Assembly (NCBI GenBank): GCA_963705305.1
Contig: OY970067.1
Location: 5,408,001-5,472,000, forward strand
Length of the DNA stretch: 64,000 bases
Source: an uncultured Methylomirabilota bacterium
GTDB lineage: Bacteria; Methylomirabilota; Methylomirabilia; Methylomirabilales; 2-02-FULL-66-22
Direction of reading: 5' to 3'
The notes under the pieces are model-generated. The model worked only from the letters and a program-made list of their open reading frames with translations, was not told the DNA's origin and did no database searches. Positions 9,918 to 20,932 of the stretch are shown here, in pieces; the first letter of the stretch is position 1; every line of letters begins with the position of its first letter. The position numbers were made by a program, and so were the translations under genes.

Positions 9918-11690
9918 TCAGCCGGCGGCCTGTACCAGGCTCTCGTCGATCGATCTCGTCTCGGGCCGGATCGTCAGGCGGCGGTCGTGGAATCTGGCGA
10001 CGCCGGGGCGGTAGGCCACCGAGATCAGGGTGAGGTCCGGCAGGCGCTGTCGCACCAGGGCGTACAGTGCCTCCTCCGTCTGCTCGTCCAGCGCCGATGT
10101 CGCCTCGTCCATGAAAAGCCAGTCCGGCCGGTAGAGGAACACGCGCGCGAAGCCGATCCGTTGCTGCTCCCCGCCCGACAGCCCCAGCGACCAGTTGGCC
10201 TCCTCGTCCAGGCGGTCCGTCAGGTGGGGCAGCTGCGCATCGATCAGGGCCTGCCGGAGCGCCGCATCCGTGTGTCCCGCCGGCTGGTCCGGATACGCCA
10301 GAACCTCGCGCAGGGTGGCGATGGGCAGGTAGGGCTTCTGCGGAAGAAACAGCACGCGCTTTCCCTGCGGGATCGCCACCGTCCCTTTGCCGTACGGCCA
10401 GATGCCAGAGAGGGCGCGGAACAGCGTGCTCTTGCCGGCCCCGGACGGCCCGCTGACCACCACGCGATCCCCGGCCTGAATGCGCAGCGAGACGTGGTCG
10501 AGGATCGCCCGCTCGTCGGGCAGGCGCAGGGTCATGCTCTCGACGCTGAGGTCGGGGGCCGGGGTCCGGCTCACCTGGATGTCCGCCCGGGAGGCCGGCA
10601 GCCGCTTGGCCTCGATCAGCGCCTCGCCGAAGCCCATGAGCCGGTTCACGCTGGCCGACCACTGCGCGATGTCCGGATAGACCGTGACGAACCAGCTGAG
10701 CGCCGACTGCACCTGTCCGAAGGCGAAGGAGGTCTGCGTCAGCCCCCCCAGCTGGATGGCGCCCGAGAAGTAACGCGGAGCCGCCACCAGGATCGGGAAG
10801 ATGATCGCCGACTGGCTGTAGCCCGCAGTGAAGAAGGTCAACCGCATCTGGGTGTTCATCAGGCGAAACCAGGCGCGCCAGATGCCGCCGAACGACATCT
10901 TCAGCTGTTCCTCCTCGTCCGCCTCGCCCCCGTAGAATGCCACGCTCTCGGCGTTCTCCCGGATGCGGATCATGCGAAAGCGGAAGTCCGCGTTGTGCCG
11001 CTCCAGGTCGAAATTGATGCCGATGAGGGCCCGGCCGATGTAGTGGGTGAGGGTGGAGCCGAAGGCGGCATACAGGATCGCCACCCACAGCATGTAGCCG
11101 GGGATGGACAGCGCGAGCCCCGCCACGTGAAATGTCAGCGTTCCAGACAGGGTCCACAGCATGACCAGGAAAGAGACCAGGGTCAGCACCGCGTTGAGCA
11201 GCCCGATGCCGAGGTTCAGCGTCATGGTGGTGGTGATGCCGACATCGTCCTGGATGCGCTGCTCCGGGTTCTCGGCCTCGGACTTCTCGAGCTGGAGGAC
11301 GTAATACGAGCGATCGGCGAGCCAGTCCCGGTAGTACACCTCGGTGAGCCAGCGCCGCCAGCGAATCTGCAGCATCTGGTTGAAGTAGAGGGCGTAGACG
11401 GCACAAACGATGTAGACACCCGCCAGGACGGCAAACCGGACGAGCAGGTGCAAGAAATCAGGGTAGTTTCGCTCCTGCAGCGCGTTGAAGAACAATCGGT
11501 TCCAGTCCGCGAGGAGCACCATCACGTACACGGTGGCGACGTTCAGGCCGACGACCAGCAGGAGCAGCCCGCGTGCCGACCAGCGGTCCTCGGAGAACCA
11601 GTACGGCTTCATCAGGGCCCACAGCCGGACGAAATAGTTCCGCTGTCGCAGCGCAAACTGCAGGGCTGGCACATCGGGTGCGGTGCTCAT
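9918..11690 (-). CDS. Fused ABC transporter permease/ATPase (YddA / BacA-like ABCD type)
   Basis: NPEQRI, RIRENAESVAFY, Walker A GPSGAGKST, LSGGEQQR, DEATSALD. Confidence 0.9.
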   Translation of the reverse strand: MSTAPDVPALQFALRQRNYFVRLWALMKPYWFSEDRWSARGLLLLVVGLNVATVYVMVLLADWNRLFFNALQERNYPDFLHLLVRFAVLAGVYIVCAVYALYFNQMLQIRWRRWLTEVYYRDWLADRSYYVLQLEKSEAENPEQRIQDDVGITTTMTLNLGIGLLNAVLTLVSFLVMLWTLSGTLTFHVAGLALSIPGYMLWVAILYAAFGSTLTHYIGRALIGINFDLERHNADFRFRMIRIRENAESVAFYGGEADEEEQLKMSFGGIWRAWFRLMNTQMRLTFFTAGYSQSAIIFPILVAAPRYFSGAIQLGGLTQTSFAFGQVQSALSWFVTVYPDIAQWSASVNRLMGFGEALIEAKRLPASRADIQVSRTPAPDLSVESMTLRLPDERAILDHVSLRIQAGDRVVVSGPSGAGKSTLFRALSGIWPYGKGTVAIPQGKRVLFLPQKPYLPIATLREVLAYPDQPAGHTDAALRQALIDAQLPHLTDRLDEEANWSLGLSGGEQQRIGFARVFLYRPDWLFMDEATSALDEQTEEALYALVRQRLPDLTLISVAYRPGVARFHDRRLTIRPETRSIDESLVQAAG

Positions 11691-11976
11691 TCAGACGCTC
11701 CTGATCCTGGATGGGGAATGAAGGACGGGGCTCGCGTGCCGTCCGCACATCCTTGCCGGCGGATTGCCGCAAGGGATCGCCCGGGGCCATCGGATCGCCC
11801 CGCGGCCCGGAGAATCATACCAGAGCAGGGCGCCGCCGGATACCGGCGAGGCGGGGGAGACCTCGGCCCGCCGGACCCTGCGGGGCGGGTGGGCGGCGTC
11901 GGAACCGCATGGAACCCGGAAACGGGCGGAGGGACGCCGGGAGGGAATGCTGATCCGGTCCGTGGTTGCGGCGCGA

Positions 11977-12978
11977 TCAATGCGGGCGGAAATGATCCCA
12001 GCCTTTTGCCGTCAGCTCCCGGACGGCGCCGTCACGGCCCTTGAGCAGAATCCGGGCATCGCCTGTCATGACGCCGATCCGATGAAACACGCAGCCTCCC
12101 GACTGGAGGGCCCGCGCCAGGGCCTCTGCCGCTTTCTCCGGGACCGTGCCCAAGAGCACGTAGTCCTCCCCCACATGCAGGCAGAGACGCAGCGGATCCA
12201 GGCGGAACTGCTCGCAGTAGGCGCGGACCAGCGGGGACGTGGGAATGAGCGCCTCCTCGATGACGGCTCCCGTGCGGGACTCCTCGCAGATATGCCCCAG
12301 ATCCGAGGCCACGCCGTCGGAGACATCGATCAGGGCGGTGGCAAGCCGCTGGGTGGCGATGATCCGGCCTGCCCGCACGTGCGGCAGCGGGTCGTTGTGG
12401 GCGGCCAGCAGCGCTTCCTGTTCGGCATACGAGCGCTTTGTCAGAATGATGTCGAGGCCCGCCGCCGATGCCCCCACCGCTCCCGTCAGGAAGATCACGT
12501 CCCCCGGGCGGGCGCCCGACCTGTAGAGCACCTCCTCCTCCGGGGCCTCGCCGATCAGCGCCACGTTGATGACCAGGTGCTCCGGGGAGGCCGTGGTGTC
12601 TCCCCCCAGGAGATTGACCTCGAACTCCCTGGCGACGGCCTTCATCCCGTCATAGAGAGCGTCCAGGTATTCGACGTCCAGGCTCTTCGGAATGGCGATG
12701 GACACCGTCGCCTCGCGGGGGATGCCTCCCATGGCGGCGATGTCGGAGATGTTGACCGAGAGCGACTTCCTCCCCAGCGTGTACGGCGAGGCGGCATCCC
12801 GCAGGAAGTGGATGCCCTCCACCAGCATGTCCGTGGTCAGCAGGGCCACCAGATCGCCGGACATCCGGAAGACGCAGCAGTCATCGCCGATGCCTTTGAT
12901 GACGTTCTGGCTTCTGGTGAGACAGCCGACTTTGACCCTGTCGATGAACCCGAACTCTCCAATGTCCTTCAGCCTCAC
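11977..12978 (-). CDS. thiL: Thiamine-monophosphate kinase
   Basis: GEFGFI, GIGDDC, D.LVEG.HF, N.SDIAAMGG, IDVSDG, GEDY.L. Confidence 0.95.
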   Translation of the reverse strand: MRLKDIGEFGFIDRVKVGCLTRSQNVIKGIGDDCCVFRMSGDLVALLTTDMLVEGIHFLRDAASPYTLGRKSLSVNISDIAAMGGIPREATVSIAIPKSLDVEYLDALYDGMKAVAREFEVNLLGGDTTASPEHLVINVALIGEAPEEEVLYRSGARPGDVIFLTGAVGASAAGLDIILTKRSYAEQEALLAAHNDPLPHVRAGRIIATQRLATALIDVSDGVASDLGHICEESRTGAVIEEALIPTSPLVRAYCEQFRLDPLRLCLHVGEDYVLLGTVPEKAAEALARALQSGGCVFHRIGVMTGDARILLKGRDGAVRELTAKGWDHFRPH

Positions 12979-13661
12979 CGGCTTTCACCTCCCCCCTGCC
13001 CGTCTTCGCCGTGCACCGGCCGCCGGGCCCTCCGGATCTCCGTCTTGATGGCCTCGGCGGCAGCCCGCGGATCCGGGCGGGAGCAGATGGCGGATACCAC
13101 CGCCACCCCGTCGAGCCCGGCCCTGATCCCTTCGAAGGCGTTGCTCTCGTTCAGCCCCCCGATGCCCACCAGGGGGATTGCCACCGCGGCCCGGATGCGC
13201 GAGATCCCCTCCAAGCCGATCTGCTCCGTCAGCTCCGGCTTGGTCGGGGTGGTGAAGATGGGCGAGAGGCCCAGGTAGTTCGCCCCCTCGCCCTCCGCCT
13301 GCCTGGCCTCCTCCGGCGTGAAGACAGAGGCGCCGAGAATTTTCCCGTCCCCCAGGATCCGCCTGGCCACCGCGACCGGGACGTCGTCCTGACCGACATG
13401 CACCCCGTCCGCATCCAGCGCCAGGGCAATGTCGAGGCGGTCATTGATGATGAGCGGAACGCCGCGCACGGCCAGGAATCCCCGGATCTCGAGGCCCTCC
13501 CGGTAGAAGGCCCTGGCGGTGGCCTCCTTTTCCCGGAGCTGCACCACGCTCACCCCGCCTGCCACCGCGGCGCGGATCACGTCCAAGGTGCTCCGCCCCA
13601 GGGACAGGCTCCTGTCCGTGACAAGATACAGGGAGTAATCGATGGGGCGCTTCTCCCGCAT
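12975..13661 (-). CDS. thiE: Thiamine-phosphate synthase
   Basis: LYLVTD, VQLREK, IINDRLD, GVHVGQDD, TPTK. Confidence 0.95.
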   Translation of the reverse strand: MREKRPIDYSLYLVTDRSLSLGRSTLDVIRAAVAGGVSVVQLREKEATARAFYREGLEIRGFLAVRGVPLIINDRLDIALALDADGVHVGQDDVPVAVARRILGDGKILGASVFTPEEARQAEGEGANYLGLSPIFTTPTKPELTEQIGLEGISRIRAAVAIPLVGIGGLNESNAFEGIRAGLDGVAVVSAICSRPDPRAAAEAIKTEIRRARRPVHGEDGQGGGESR

Positions 13662-13727
13662 GGTGTCCCGCCCGTCTCTTCTCCGCCTTTGGCGGATTGC
13701 CCCCGGCCGCCCGACCAAAATGCCGGC

Positions 13728-14534
13728 CTATTCGGCGCTGCGCTCCAGGCGGGCATGCTCCTGAAACTCCCGGGGCGTCATGCGGTACAGGGCGTCGAGC
13801 AAGGCAACGCTGAAAGAGCCAGGGGCATCGGCCCGGCGGGCGGCGAGCTCGCCGGCCAGGCCGAAAAAGGCCAGGCCGGCCGCCGCCGCTTCCAGGGGAT
13901 CGGACGTGACCGCGGCAAACGCCGCAACGGTGGCGGTGGCGGCACATCCGGTCCCGGTGATCGAGCCCAGCAGCGGATGGCCGTTCCGGCAGCGGACGAC
14001 GATCTTCCCGTCGGTGATCACGTCCACCGCCCCGGTGATGGCGACCACGGCGCCGATCCGCCGGGCCATTGCCTTGGCGGTGTCGACGGCCTGGTCCACA
14101 CCATGGGCGGAATCCACCCCCTTCGTTTTGACGGAATCCGAGGCGATGGAAAGGACCTCGGACGGATTGCCGCGAATGACCGCCAGCCTCAGGTCGCGGG
14201 TCATCATTCGAAAGGTCTCGGTGCGCATGGAGGTCGCCCCCGACCCCACCGGATCCAGCACGATGGGCACGCCGACGGCATTGGCCTTCCGTCCCGCCTT
14301 GAGCATCGCTTCCACCCAGTGCTCGGAAAGCGTCCCGATGTTGATGACCAGGGCCCCGGCGAGGGACACCATCTCCTCGACCTCCCCGGCCGCGTGGGCC
14401 ATGACCGGGGAGGCCCCCATGGCCAAGAGCGTGTTGGCGGTGAAGTGCATCACCACGTAGTTGGTGATGTTGTGCACCAGCGGCCGCCGCGCCCTGAGGG
14501 ATTCCAAGAGCGGCGCCAATGCGAACTCAGACAT
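13728..14534 (-). CDS. thiM: Hydroxyethylthiazole kinase
   Basis: PLVHNITNYV, ANTLLA.GASPVM, LDPVG, ITGTGC. Confidence 0.95.
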   Translation of the reverse strand: MSEFALAPLLESLRARRPLVHNITNYVVMHFTANTLLAMGASPVMAHAAGEVEEMVSLAGALVINIGTLSEHWVEAMLKAGRKANAVGVPIVLDPVGSGATSMRTETFRMMTRDLRLAVIRGNPSEVLSIASDSVKTKGVDSAHGVDQAVDTAKAMARRIGAVVAITGAVDVITDGKIVVRCRNGHPLLGSITGTGCAATATVAAFAAVTSDPLEAAAAGLAFFGLAGELAARRADAPGSFSVALLDALYRMTPREFQEHARLERSAE

Positions 14535-14700
14535 GACCTTTCTCCACTCGACACCGCCGTATCGGCGAGAGCAGGCTGCGCGCACCGCCGCGGCTTGCCA
14601 TCGACCGCCCTCCGAAGCCGGGAGATCCCAGCCTCCGGCTGCCGGGGATCGACCGCCCCCGCTCGTCCGCAGGCGGCTGCCCGTCCACCGGCCGCCCGCC

Positions 14701-15783
14701 CTATCGCTGAATGCGCGCCGAGCCCCCCTTGGCGAAGGCCCGCACCTGCTCGACCGTTGCCATAGTAGTGTCGCCTGGGAAGGTGGTGATCAGGGCGCCG
14801 TGCGCCCATCCCAGCTTCACCGCCTCGTCCGGCGGCTCGCCCGTGAGCAGGCCGTAGAAGAGCCCGGCCGCGAAGCCATCCCCCCCGCCCACGCGGTCGT
14901 ATATATCCAGCTCGCAGGTCGGGGCGACGTGGGTCTTGCCGTTGATCCAGGCCACCGCGCTCCAGCTGTGCCGGTTCGTGGAGTGGACCTCGCGGAGGGT
15001 CGTGGCGACGATTTTGACCTGGGGGTGCAGCTCCACCACTCGATCGATCATCCCGAAGAAGGCGCTGGGGTCGAGCTTGGACTTGGCGGCAACCTCCGGC
15101 CCGGGAATGCCCAGCCCTTTCTGGAGGTCCTCCTCGTTTCCGACCAGCACGTCCACATTCTTCACGATGCGCCCGATCACTTTCACCGCGTGCTCATTGC
15201 CCCCCTGGAAGCTCCATAGCTTCTCCCGGAAGTTTAGGTCGAAGGAGACCACGGCCCCGGCAGCCTTGGCCGCCTGCATCCCCTCGATGATCACCTCCGG
15301 CGTCGTCGGCGAGAGGGCCGCGAAGATCCCGCCGCTGTGGAACCAGCGCACGCCGCCCGCGAAGATCGTCTTCCAATCGAAGTCGCCCGCCTTCAGCCGC
15401 CCCGCCGCCTCGTTGGAGCGGTTGTAGAATACCACCGGTGCCCGCACCCCCTGGCCGCGGTCGCTGTAGACCGTGGCGATGTTCGGACCGGACACTCCGT
15501 CGTGCTTGAACCGCTTGTAGAAGCCCCTGACGCCCATCGCCCTTACCCGCTCGGCGACGAGATCCCCGATCGGATAGTCAACCATCGCCGTCGCGATGCC
15601 GGTCTGAAGACGGAAGCAGTCCGCCAGGTTGGCGGCCACGTTGAACTCGCCGCCGCTCACGTGAATCTGGCACTCGGCGGCCTTGCGGAAGGGGATGATC
15701 CCCGGGTCCAGGCGGTGAATCATGGCACCGACCGACACGAAGTCCAATGCGCCTTCCTTCCGGATGTTCAGACCGTAGTCCAT
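14701..15783 (-). CDS. PfkB family sugar kinase (2-keto-3-deoxygluconate kinase-like)
   Basis: GGEFNVA, FDLNFR..LW, GNEED, DRVGGGDGFAAG. Confidence 0.9.
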   Translation of the reverse strand: MDYGLNIRKEGALDFVSVGAMIHRLDPGIIPFRKAAECQIHVSGGEFNVAANLADCFRLQTGIATAMVDYPIGDLVAERVRAMGVRGFYKRFKHDGVSGPNIATVYSDRGQGVRAPVVFYNRSNEAAGRLKAGDFDWKTIFAGGVRWFHSGGIFAALSPTTPEVIIEGMQAAKAAGAVVSFDLNFREKLWSFQGGNEHAVKVIGRIVKNVDVLVGNEEDLQKGLGIPGPEVAAKSKLDPSAFFGMIDRVVELHPQVKIVATTLREVHSTNRHSWSAVAWINGKTHVAPTCELDIYDRVGGGDGFAAGLFYGLLTGEPPDEAVKLGWAHGALITTFPGDTTMATVEQVRAFAKGGSARIQR

Positions 15784-16261
15784 GCGTTTCTCCCTTGTCC
15801 CTGCATTGCTGGTTTGGTGGATATCTCGAGCCCCATTTCACCTCGGCCCATGGCCCCTTCCGCCCTCGCCGGTCCCCTCCTCGCCTTCTCGCGCCGTCGC
15901 CCGGAGGGTCGGCCAATCCCGTGGACAGGGCCCGGTCCACCGGCGGCGGCCCGGAGGCCGTAGACAAGGCAAAAAGCATGCCGCAGCCGGGGCGGGCGTG
16001 TCAAGCCGAAACGGCTCGCAAAGCCGCATCCGAAGACGGGAACTACTGCAAGCTCCCCGGCCTGCCGCCTGCGACCTGTAAGCGTTGGCCCTTCTACATC
16101 ACGGAGGCGCGGAGACTGAACTCTCGGAGGAAAATGTGCTCATCAGAAGGCCGGATCGAGGTGAAGTGGCTCGCGGCCGGTGGCTGCCAGGAACGCGCAG
16201 GCCGAAACGGCACCTCCCTGCAACCCGGCAGTCCCGCCAGGCCGGGACGCCCCTCGCCCCT

Positions 16262-17527
16262 CTACAGGTTCCGCTGCTCGTCGGACACGCCGCTTTCGCC
16301 CATGATGGTGAAGCTGGCCACGGCGGCGACCATCCCGGGAAGCAGGGCCCACGGATTGCCACTGCTTTCCGCGATGAAGGCCACGGCGGCGACGGGGGCG
16401 CGGTACCCGGCCCCGAGAAACGCCGCCAGCCCGATCAGCGGATAGAGCGACCCCGTCGGCCCCTGCAGGATGTGCGAAAAGGCTGTGCCCAGAATCATTC
16501 CCATGGCCGCCAGGGGGAAGAAGATGCCCCCCGTCCCACCGCCGGCAAACGTGAAGGCCGTCGCAACGGCCTTGGCCGCCAGAAGGATCATGAGCAGCCA
16601 CAGCGGATCCCGGTGCACCAGCAGATGATGCATGAGCCTGTACCCTGGCCCAAAGAGGTAAGGCTCGCCGAATAGGATGAAGATCAACACCGTCAGCAGG
16701 CCCACGATACCTCCCGCAATCAAGGGCCGCATGGTGCCGGGCATGTCGACCATCCATCGCCTGGCGGTATGGTGCAACCAGGAAAACGCCCGGGCCCCGA
16801 AGCCGCAGCAGACTCCCAGGATGGCGGCCATGATCATGTCCTGGGTGGCGTAGCCGTGCGGGCCGGGATGCTCGAAGATGTGCTCGGTCCCCCCCAGCAG
16901 CACGGAGGTCACATAGCTCGACGCGGAGGCCAGCAGCGTCGGGACCAGGACCCTGCCGCGCACGCTATCCCTGTATGGGACTTCGACGGCAAAGATGATG
17001 CCGGTCAGCGGCGCCTTGAAGATGGCGGAAAGGCCCGCCGCCGCCCCGGCCACCATGAGCATCTTGGAGTCTTCCAGGGGAAAGTAGCGGTTGAAACGGA
17101 TTTGCAGCCACTCGCCGAGGGTGGCTCCCATGAATATGGAGGGGCCCTCCAGGCCGACGCTGCCCCCGAAGATGCTGGTGATGAACGAAGAGAACGCCTT
17201 GCCAGGCAGATTGCGCATGGGCATGGTCCGGTTGGGCTCATGGTAGGCCGCAATGAAGTCCTCCGTGAGCTCCCCTTCCCGGGTCGGCACCAGATACCGG
17301 ATGCAGAGGCAGGACAGGACAAGTCCGATCGCGGGCAACACCAGATACAAGCCCCAGTGGCGCGTCTCGTACAGGATGGGCTCCACCAGGTCCCGCACCA
17401 GGTACTGGAAGAGGGCAACCATGAGGCCCGTGCCCACCCCGGTGGCGACGGAAAGCACCACCCAGCGCAGCAGGCGCTCGCGATGGGCTTTCAGGGCCCG
17501 GTTCGCCTCCAGAAGAGTTACGGGCAT
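16262..17527 (-). CDS. ClC family chloride channel/antiporter
   Basis: GGSVGLEGP, AGAAAG..AIFKAPL.G, GGIFFP. Start chosen at MPVTLL after a GAGGGG RBS. Confidence 0.88.
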   Translation of the reverse strand: MPVTLLEANRALKAHRERLLRWVVLSVATGVGTGLMVALFQYLVRDLVEPILYETRHWGLYLVLPAIGLVLSCLCIRYLVPTREGELTEDFIAAYHEPNRTMPMRNLPGKAFSSFITSIFGGSVGLEGPSIFMGATLGEWLQIRFNRYFPLEDSKMLMVAGAAAGLSAIFKAPLTGIIFAVEVPYRDSVRGRVLVPTLLASASSYVTSVLLGGTEHIFEHPGPHGYATQDMIMAAILGVCCGFGARAFSWLHHTARRWMVDMPGTMRPLIAGGIVGLLTVLIFILFGEPYLFGPGYRLMHHLLVHRDPLWLLMILLAAKAVATAFTFAGGGTGGIFFPLAAMGMILGTAFSHILQGPTGSLYPLIGLAAFLGAGYRAPVAAVAFIAESSGNPWALLPGMVAAVASFTIMGESGVSDEQRNL

Positions 17528-17996
17528 CGTCGCACCCCCTCGACTCCTTGCGGCCGATCGGATGGCGGACCGACTCTCGCGCGACACACGGCGGACACAG
17601 CCGCCCTTCGATCCGCGGCCCCCGAAAGGATCGGCGGAACGAACCCGGGAAGTCTTCTCATGGGAACGCAACAGGAAGTGGCTTCCGGGTGAGCGAAGGC
17701 CGCACTGGACCGTTCCCTTTCAGGAGGAGGGTCCCGACCGAGACCACGCCGCAGTATTGTTTCAAGATGTCGCAGCAAGGGGTGCGGTGTCAAGCTGAAA
17801 TGCCCCTCCGCCCCGGCCGCAGGAGATGGCCGGGCGGCGGGCTGCGGCGGATGCCTCCTGCCGCAGCAGGGAAGCGCGCTGGAATGAAAGGCGTGCCGAG
17901 CCGGAACACCGCCCGCCCTGGCGGTCGAAAGGGGGGCTGATGCCTTACACCCGGGCTGCCGACGCCAGGCCCGAGCGGAGCTCTCAGCGGAGAGGG

Positions 17997-18548
17997 CTAC
18001 GTCCGGCCGGGAGGCGGGATTTCCATGTGCCGGTAACTCGGACGCCAGGGGCCGGTTTCCGGCAGGTACAGCTGGGCCGTGGTCAGGGTCAGCTGGCGGA
18101 TATGGGACAGATCGTGGACGACCCACTCCGCCAGGAGATTGCCCAAGGTGATCGTTCCCAGCTCCCCGTGGACCGCCTGCCGCCCCAGCTCATCCGGCAA
18201 AATCTCCCGGATGCGCTCCAGGCTTCTGGCGCGCAGCTCGATGAACCGGTCCAGCGACTTGAAGGGATCCTGGGCGGCATAGGACATCTCTGCGGCGCGC
18301 CTGTCGGGATCCATTACCGGGACGGGGTTCCCCGCGAGAATCAGCTCCACCCGCGCCTGGAAGCCCACGGCCTCGAAATCAGCGAGGTGGGCCAGAATTT
18401 CCGTCTGGGACCAGCCGCTCTCCGTGGGGCGTCGGCTCAAGAGGTCATGCGGCTGGCCGTAGATGTGGGCCCGCACGACGGCAGGGGTCCGGGTCAGCGC
18501 CTGTGCGACCACCTCCAACAGCGGTCGTCCATGCGGCAACGCCGACAT
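17997..18548 (-). CDS. DinB family protein
   Basis: WS..EILAHL.D.E and W..HDLSH..Q His motifs. Confidence 0.8.
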   Translation of the reverse strand: MSALPHGRPLLEVVAQALTRTPAVVRAHIYGQPHDLLSRRPTESGWSQTEILAHLADFEAVGFQARVELILAGNPVPVMDPDRRAAEMSYAAQDPFKSLDRFIELRARSLERIREILPDELGRQAVHGELGTITLGNLLAEWVVHDLSHIRQLTLTTAQLYLPETGPWRPSYRHMEIPPPGRT

Positions 18549-18626
18549 GCCACACCTCCCCCTCCGTGTTGCATGCCCGGAGGCCGGCCGGCGTTCCCGC
18601 CAGCCGATTCTCCCCGGTCCGCCAGA

Positions 18627-19610
18627 TCAGCGCCCCGGAACCGGCCTGAGGGCATGCCTGGCCCGTGTGCGCATGCGCCGCCAGGACACCCCGGGGATGG
18701 CGAGTCCCTGGCACACCCAGACCCCGCTGACCGTGAGGACGCCGCCGAACAGCTGGATTCCCGTCAGGCGCTCCCCCAGGATCCACCACGCCAGCATCAC
18801 CCCGAACACAGGAGTGAGGTCGCCGAAGACGGCGGTCCGCCCCGCTCCCACGCTCTGGATCCCGAGATTCCAGAAGAACGTGGCCAGCAGCGTGCAGGCG
18901 ACCACCAGGTAGGCAATGGAGAGCCAGGTTTCCGCACCGGCCTGGACGACGGATCCCCAGGGCTGCTCCCAGACTGCCAGGGGCAGCAAGCCCGCGGTTC
19001 CGATCGCCATCGCATACGTCAGGACGGTCAGCGCGCTCAAGCGCTCCATGGCGATCTTGGAGAAATACGCGTAGGTTCCCCAGGCCAGACCGCTGAGGAT
19101 AAGCAGAGCGTCTCCCTGCAGGGCGGCCTGCGTCATGCCGGCGCTGGTGACGTCCGCCCCGGCTACCAGCGCCACACCCAGCATGCACAGGAGGATGCCG
19201 GCGATTTGGGCGCGTGTGGTCCGCTCCCCCGCCAGGCGCGCTGCCAGGTACATGGTCCAGACGGGGCTGGTGGTGGGCGAGAGGATCGCCGCATGAGTCG
19301 CCGGCGCGGACACGAGGCCGAGGTAGAAAAAGACCTGGTTGAGCGCGATCCCGATGAGTCCCGCCCCCAGGAGATACCGCCACTCCCGCCGGGACAGCTC
19401 CGGCCACGTCGAAATCTCGCGCCCGAACAGGGCCACCAGCGTCAGCGCTGCCGCGCCGTAGCGAAGGACCCCGATCGTCATTGGGGGGATCTGCCGGAGC
19501 GCCAGTTTTCCGGCGACGGGCGATCCGCCCCACAAGGCCACCCCCAGCAGGATCAACAGGTAGATCTGGAGGGAGGAAAGAGACTTCACGTGCCGGTCAG
19601 CGGCGAACAC
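18627..19610 (-). CDS. DMT/EamA family transporter
   Basis: About 10 TM helices in two EamA repeats (GERTT, LGERLT). Confidence 0.88.
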   Translation of the reverse strand: MFAADRHVKSLSSLQIYLLILLGVALWGGSPVAGKLALRQIPPMTIGVLRYGAAALTLVALFGREISTWPELSRREWRYLLGAGLIGIALNQVFFYLGLVSAPATHAAILSPTTSPVWTMYLAARLAGERTTRAQIAGILLCMLGVALVAGADVTSAGMTQAALQGDALLILSGLAWGTYAYFSKIAMERLSALTVLTYAMAIGTAGLLPLAVWEQPWGSVVQAGAETWLSIAYLVVACTLLATFFWNLGIQSVGAGRTAVFGDLTPVFGVMLAWWILGERLTGIQLFGGVLTVSGVWVCQGLAIPGVSWRRMRTRARHALRPVPGR

Positions 19611-19756
19611 GATCTGTTCCTCTCGCCCCGCAACATTGCCGTAGCCGCGGCCGATTCTTCCCTGTTGACGCTAGGACGCCGCTCCGGCGCCGTCAAGGAA
19701 AAACCTCCGCCGGGTTGGCGGCGGTGCGAGGCGCAGGCCGGGGCCTCCCCGCTCGA

Positions 19757-20641
19757 TCAGGCTGGCAGGCTCCCCAACAGGTCACTGCTCAGCGTCCCCA
19801 CGCAGATCTCCGAGGCCGGGCCGGTCAGGACCAGATCCCAGCTGTTCGTCACGCTGACGGCCAGTTCCCCCCCCGGACTCTCGATGATCAGGCGACGGTC
19901 CGTGAAGCCGTTCTTCACACAGGCCGAGGCGACGGCGCAGGAGCTGGTGCCCGATGCCAGGGTGTAGCCGGCCCCCCGCTCCCAGATCAGGATGGACACC
20001 CGCTCCCGGGAGAGCACGTGCGCGAACTGCACGTTGATGCGGTTGGGAAAGCTGGGGTGGTGTTCGATCCGGGGGCCGAGGCGCCGCACCGTGTTCTCGT
20101 CCAGACGATCGGTGAAGACGACGCAGTGCGGATTGCCGACGGAGACGGCAGTCACCGTGAGCCACTCTCCCTCCACATCCAGCGGCTCCCCCACGACCTC
20201 GCGCCGGGGGCCGGCCACCGGGATCTCGGAGCTGACAAAAGTCGCCCGCCCCATGTCCATGGTGATCGCCCGCACCTGATCGCCGTCCACCTGTAGTCGA
20301 GCGGATGTGACTCCCCCCAGCGTGGAGATCGTGAACTCCGTGGCGGCGGCGTACCCGTGATCGTAGAGGAACTTGGCCAGGATGCGAAGCCCGTTGCCGC
20401 TCTTCTCGGCCTCCCCGCCGTCGGGATTGAAAATCCGGACGCCGAAATCCGCCCCGCTGCCCCGCGTGAGCAGCAGGATGCCGTCGGAGCCGACCCCGAA
20501 GTGCGGGTCGCAGATCCTCCGGACGGCCTCCGGGGTGATGGGCCGGGAAAGCTGAGCCTCATCCAGGACGATGTAATCGTTCCCGAGCGCGTGGGATTTT
20601 GCGAACTGGTGCAAGCCTAGCTGCGTTTTCATGAGAGGCAT
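19757..20641 (-). CDS. dapF: Diaminopimelate epimerase
   Basis: K.HALGNDY, GVGSDG, N.DG.EAEKSGNG, VGNPHC, ERGAG.TLASGT. Both usual catalytic Cys positions are Ser. Confidence 0.88.
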   Translation of the reverse strand: MPLMKTQLGLHQFAKSHALGNDYIVLDEAQLSRPITPEAVRRICDPHFGVGSDGILLLTRGSGADFGVRIFNPDGGEAEKSGNGLRILAKFLYDHGYAAATEFTISTLGGVTSARLQVDGDQVRAITMDMGRATFVSSEIPVAGPRREVVGEPLDVEGEWLTVTAVSVGNPHCVVFTDRLDENTVRRLGPRIEHHPSFPNRINVQFAHVLSRERVSILIWERGAGYTLASGTSSCAVASACVKNGFTDRRLIIESPGGELAVSVTNSWDLVLTGPASEICVGTLSSDLLGSLPA

Positions 20642-20932
20642 CCTCGTCTGGTGTGTCGGGTCTCTGCATCCGGCACAGGGCCAAGGTGGCAACCGGCCGA
20701 AACCCGAGGCAGGACACTAGCCGATCGGGCGCCGTCCCGTCAACCGGGAACCTCCGGCCCAACTGCGCCTGTCACGTCGGCGTGGCTTCGCCGTGGGGAC
20801 GTGGTTTCCCGGCCGCACGCACTTGGCCGGCCGGAGCGATTGTGGACCGCTGCGGGAGCGGCCTCCACCGCCCTAAACTCCTTGCATTGCGGGGGGGCTC
20901 TACTATACTTGTGGGCGATTTTCGAGGAGAAG

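Noticed and set aside
14535..14700. TPP riboswitch expected upstream of thiM-thiE-thiL
   Set aside because: No CTGAGA or ACCTGA core motifs on the - strand in the gap.
17820..17950. Fluoride-riboswitch-like words (GGAGATGG, GCTGATGCCTTAC) near a ClC gene
   Set aside because: They are on the + strand, opposite to the ClC gene, with no downstream + gene, and the consensus is incomplete.
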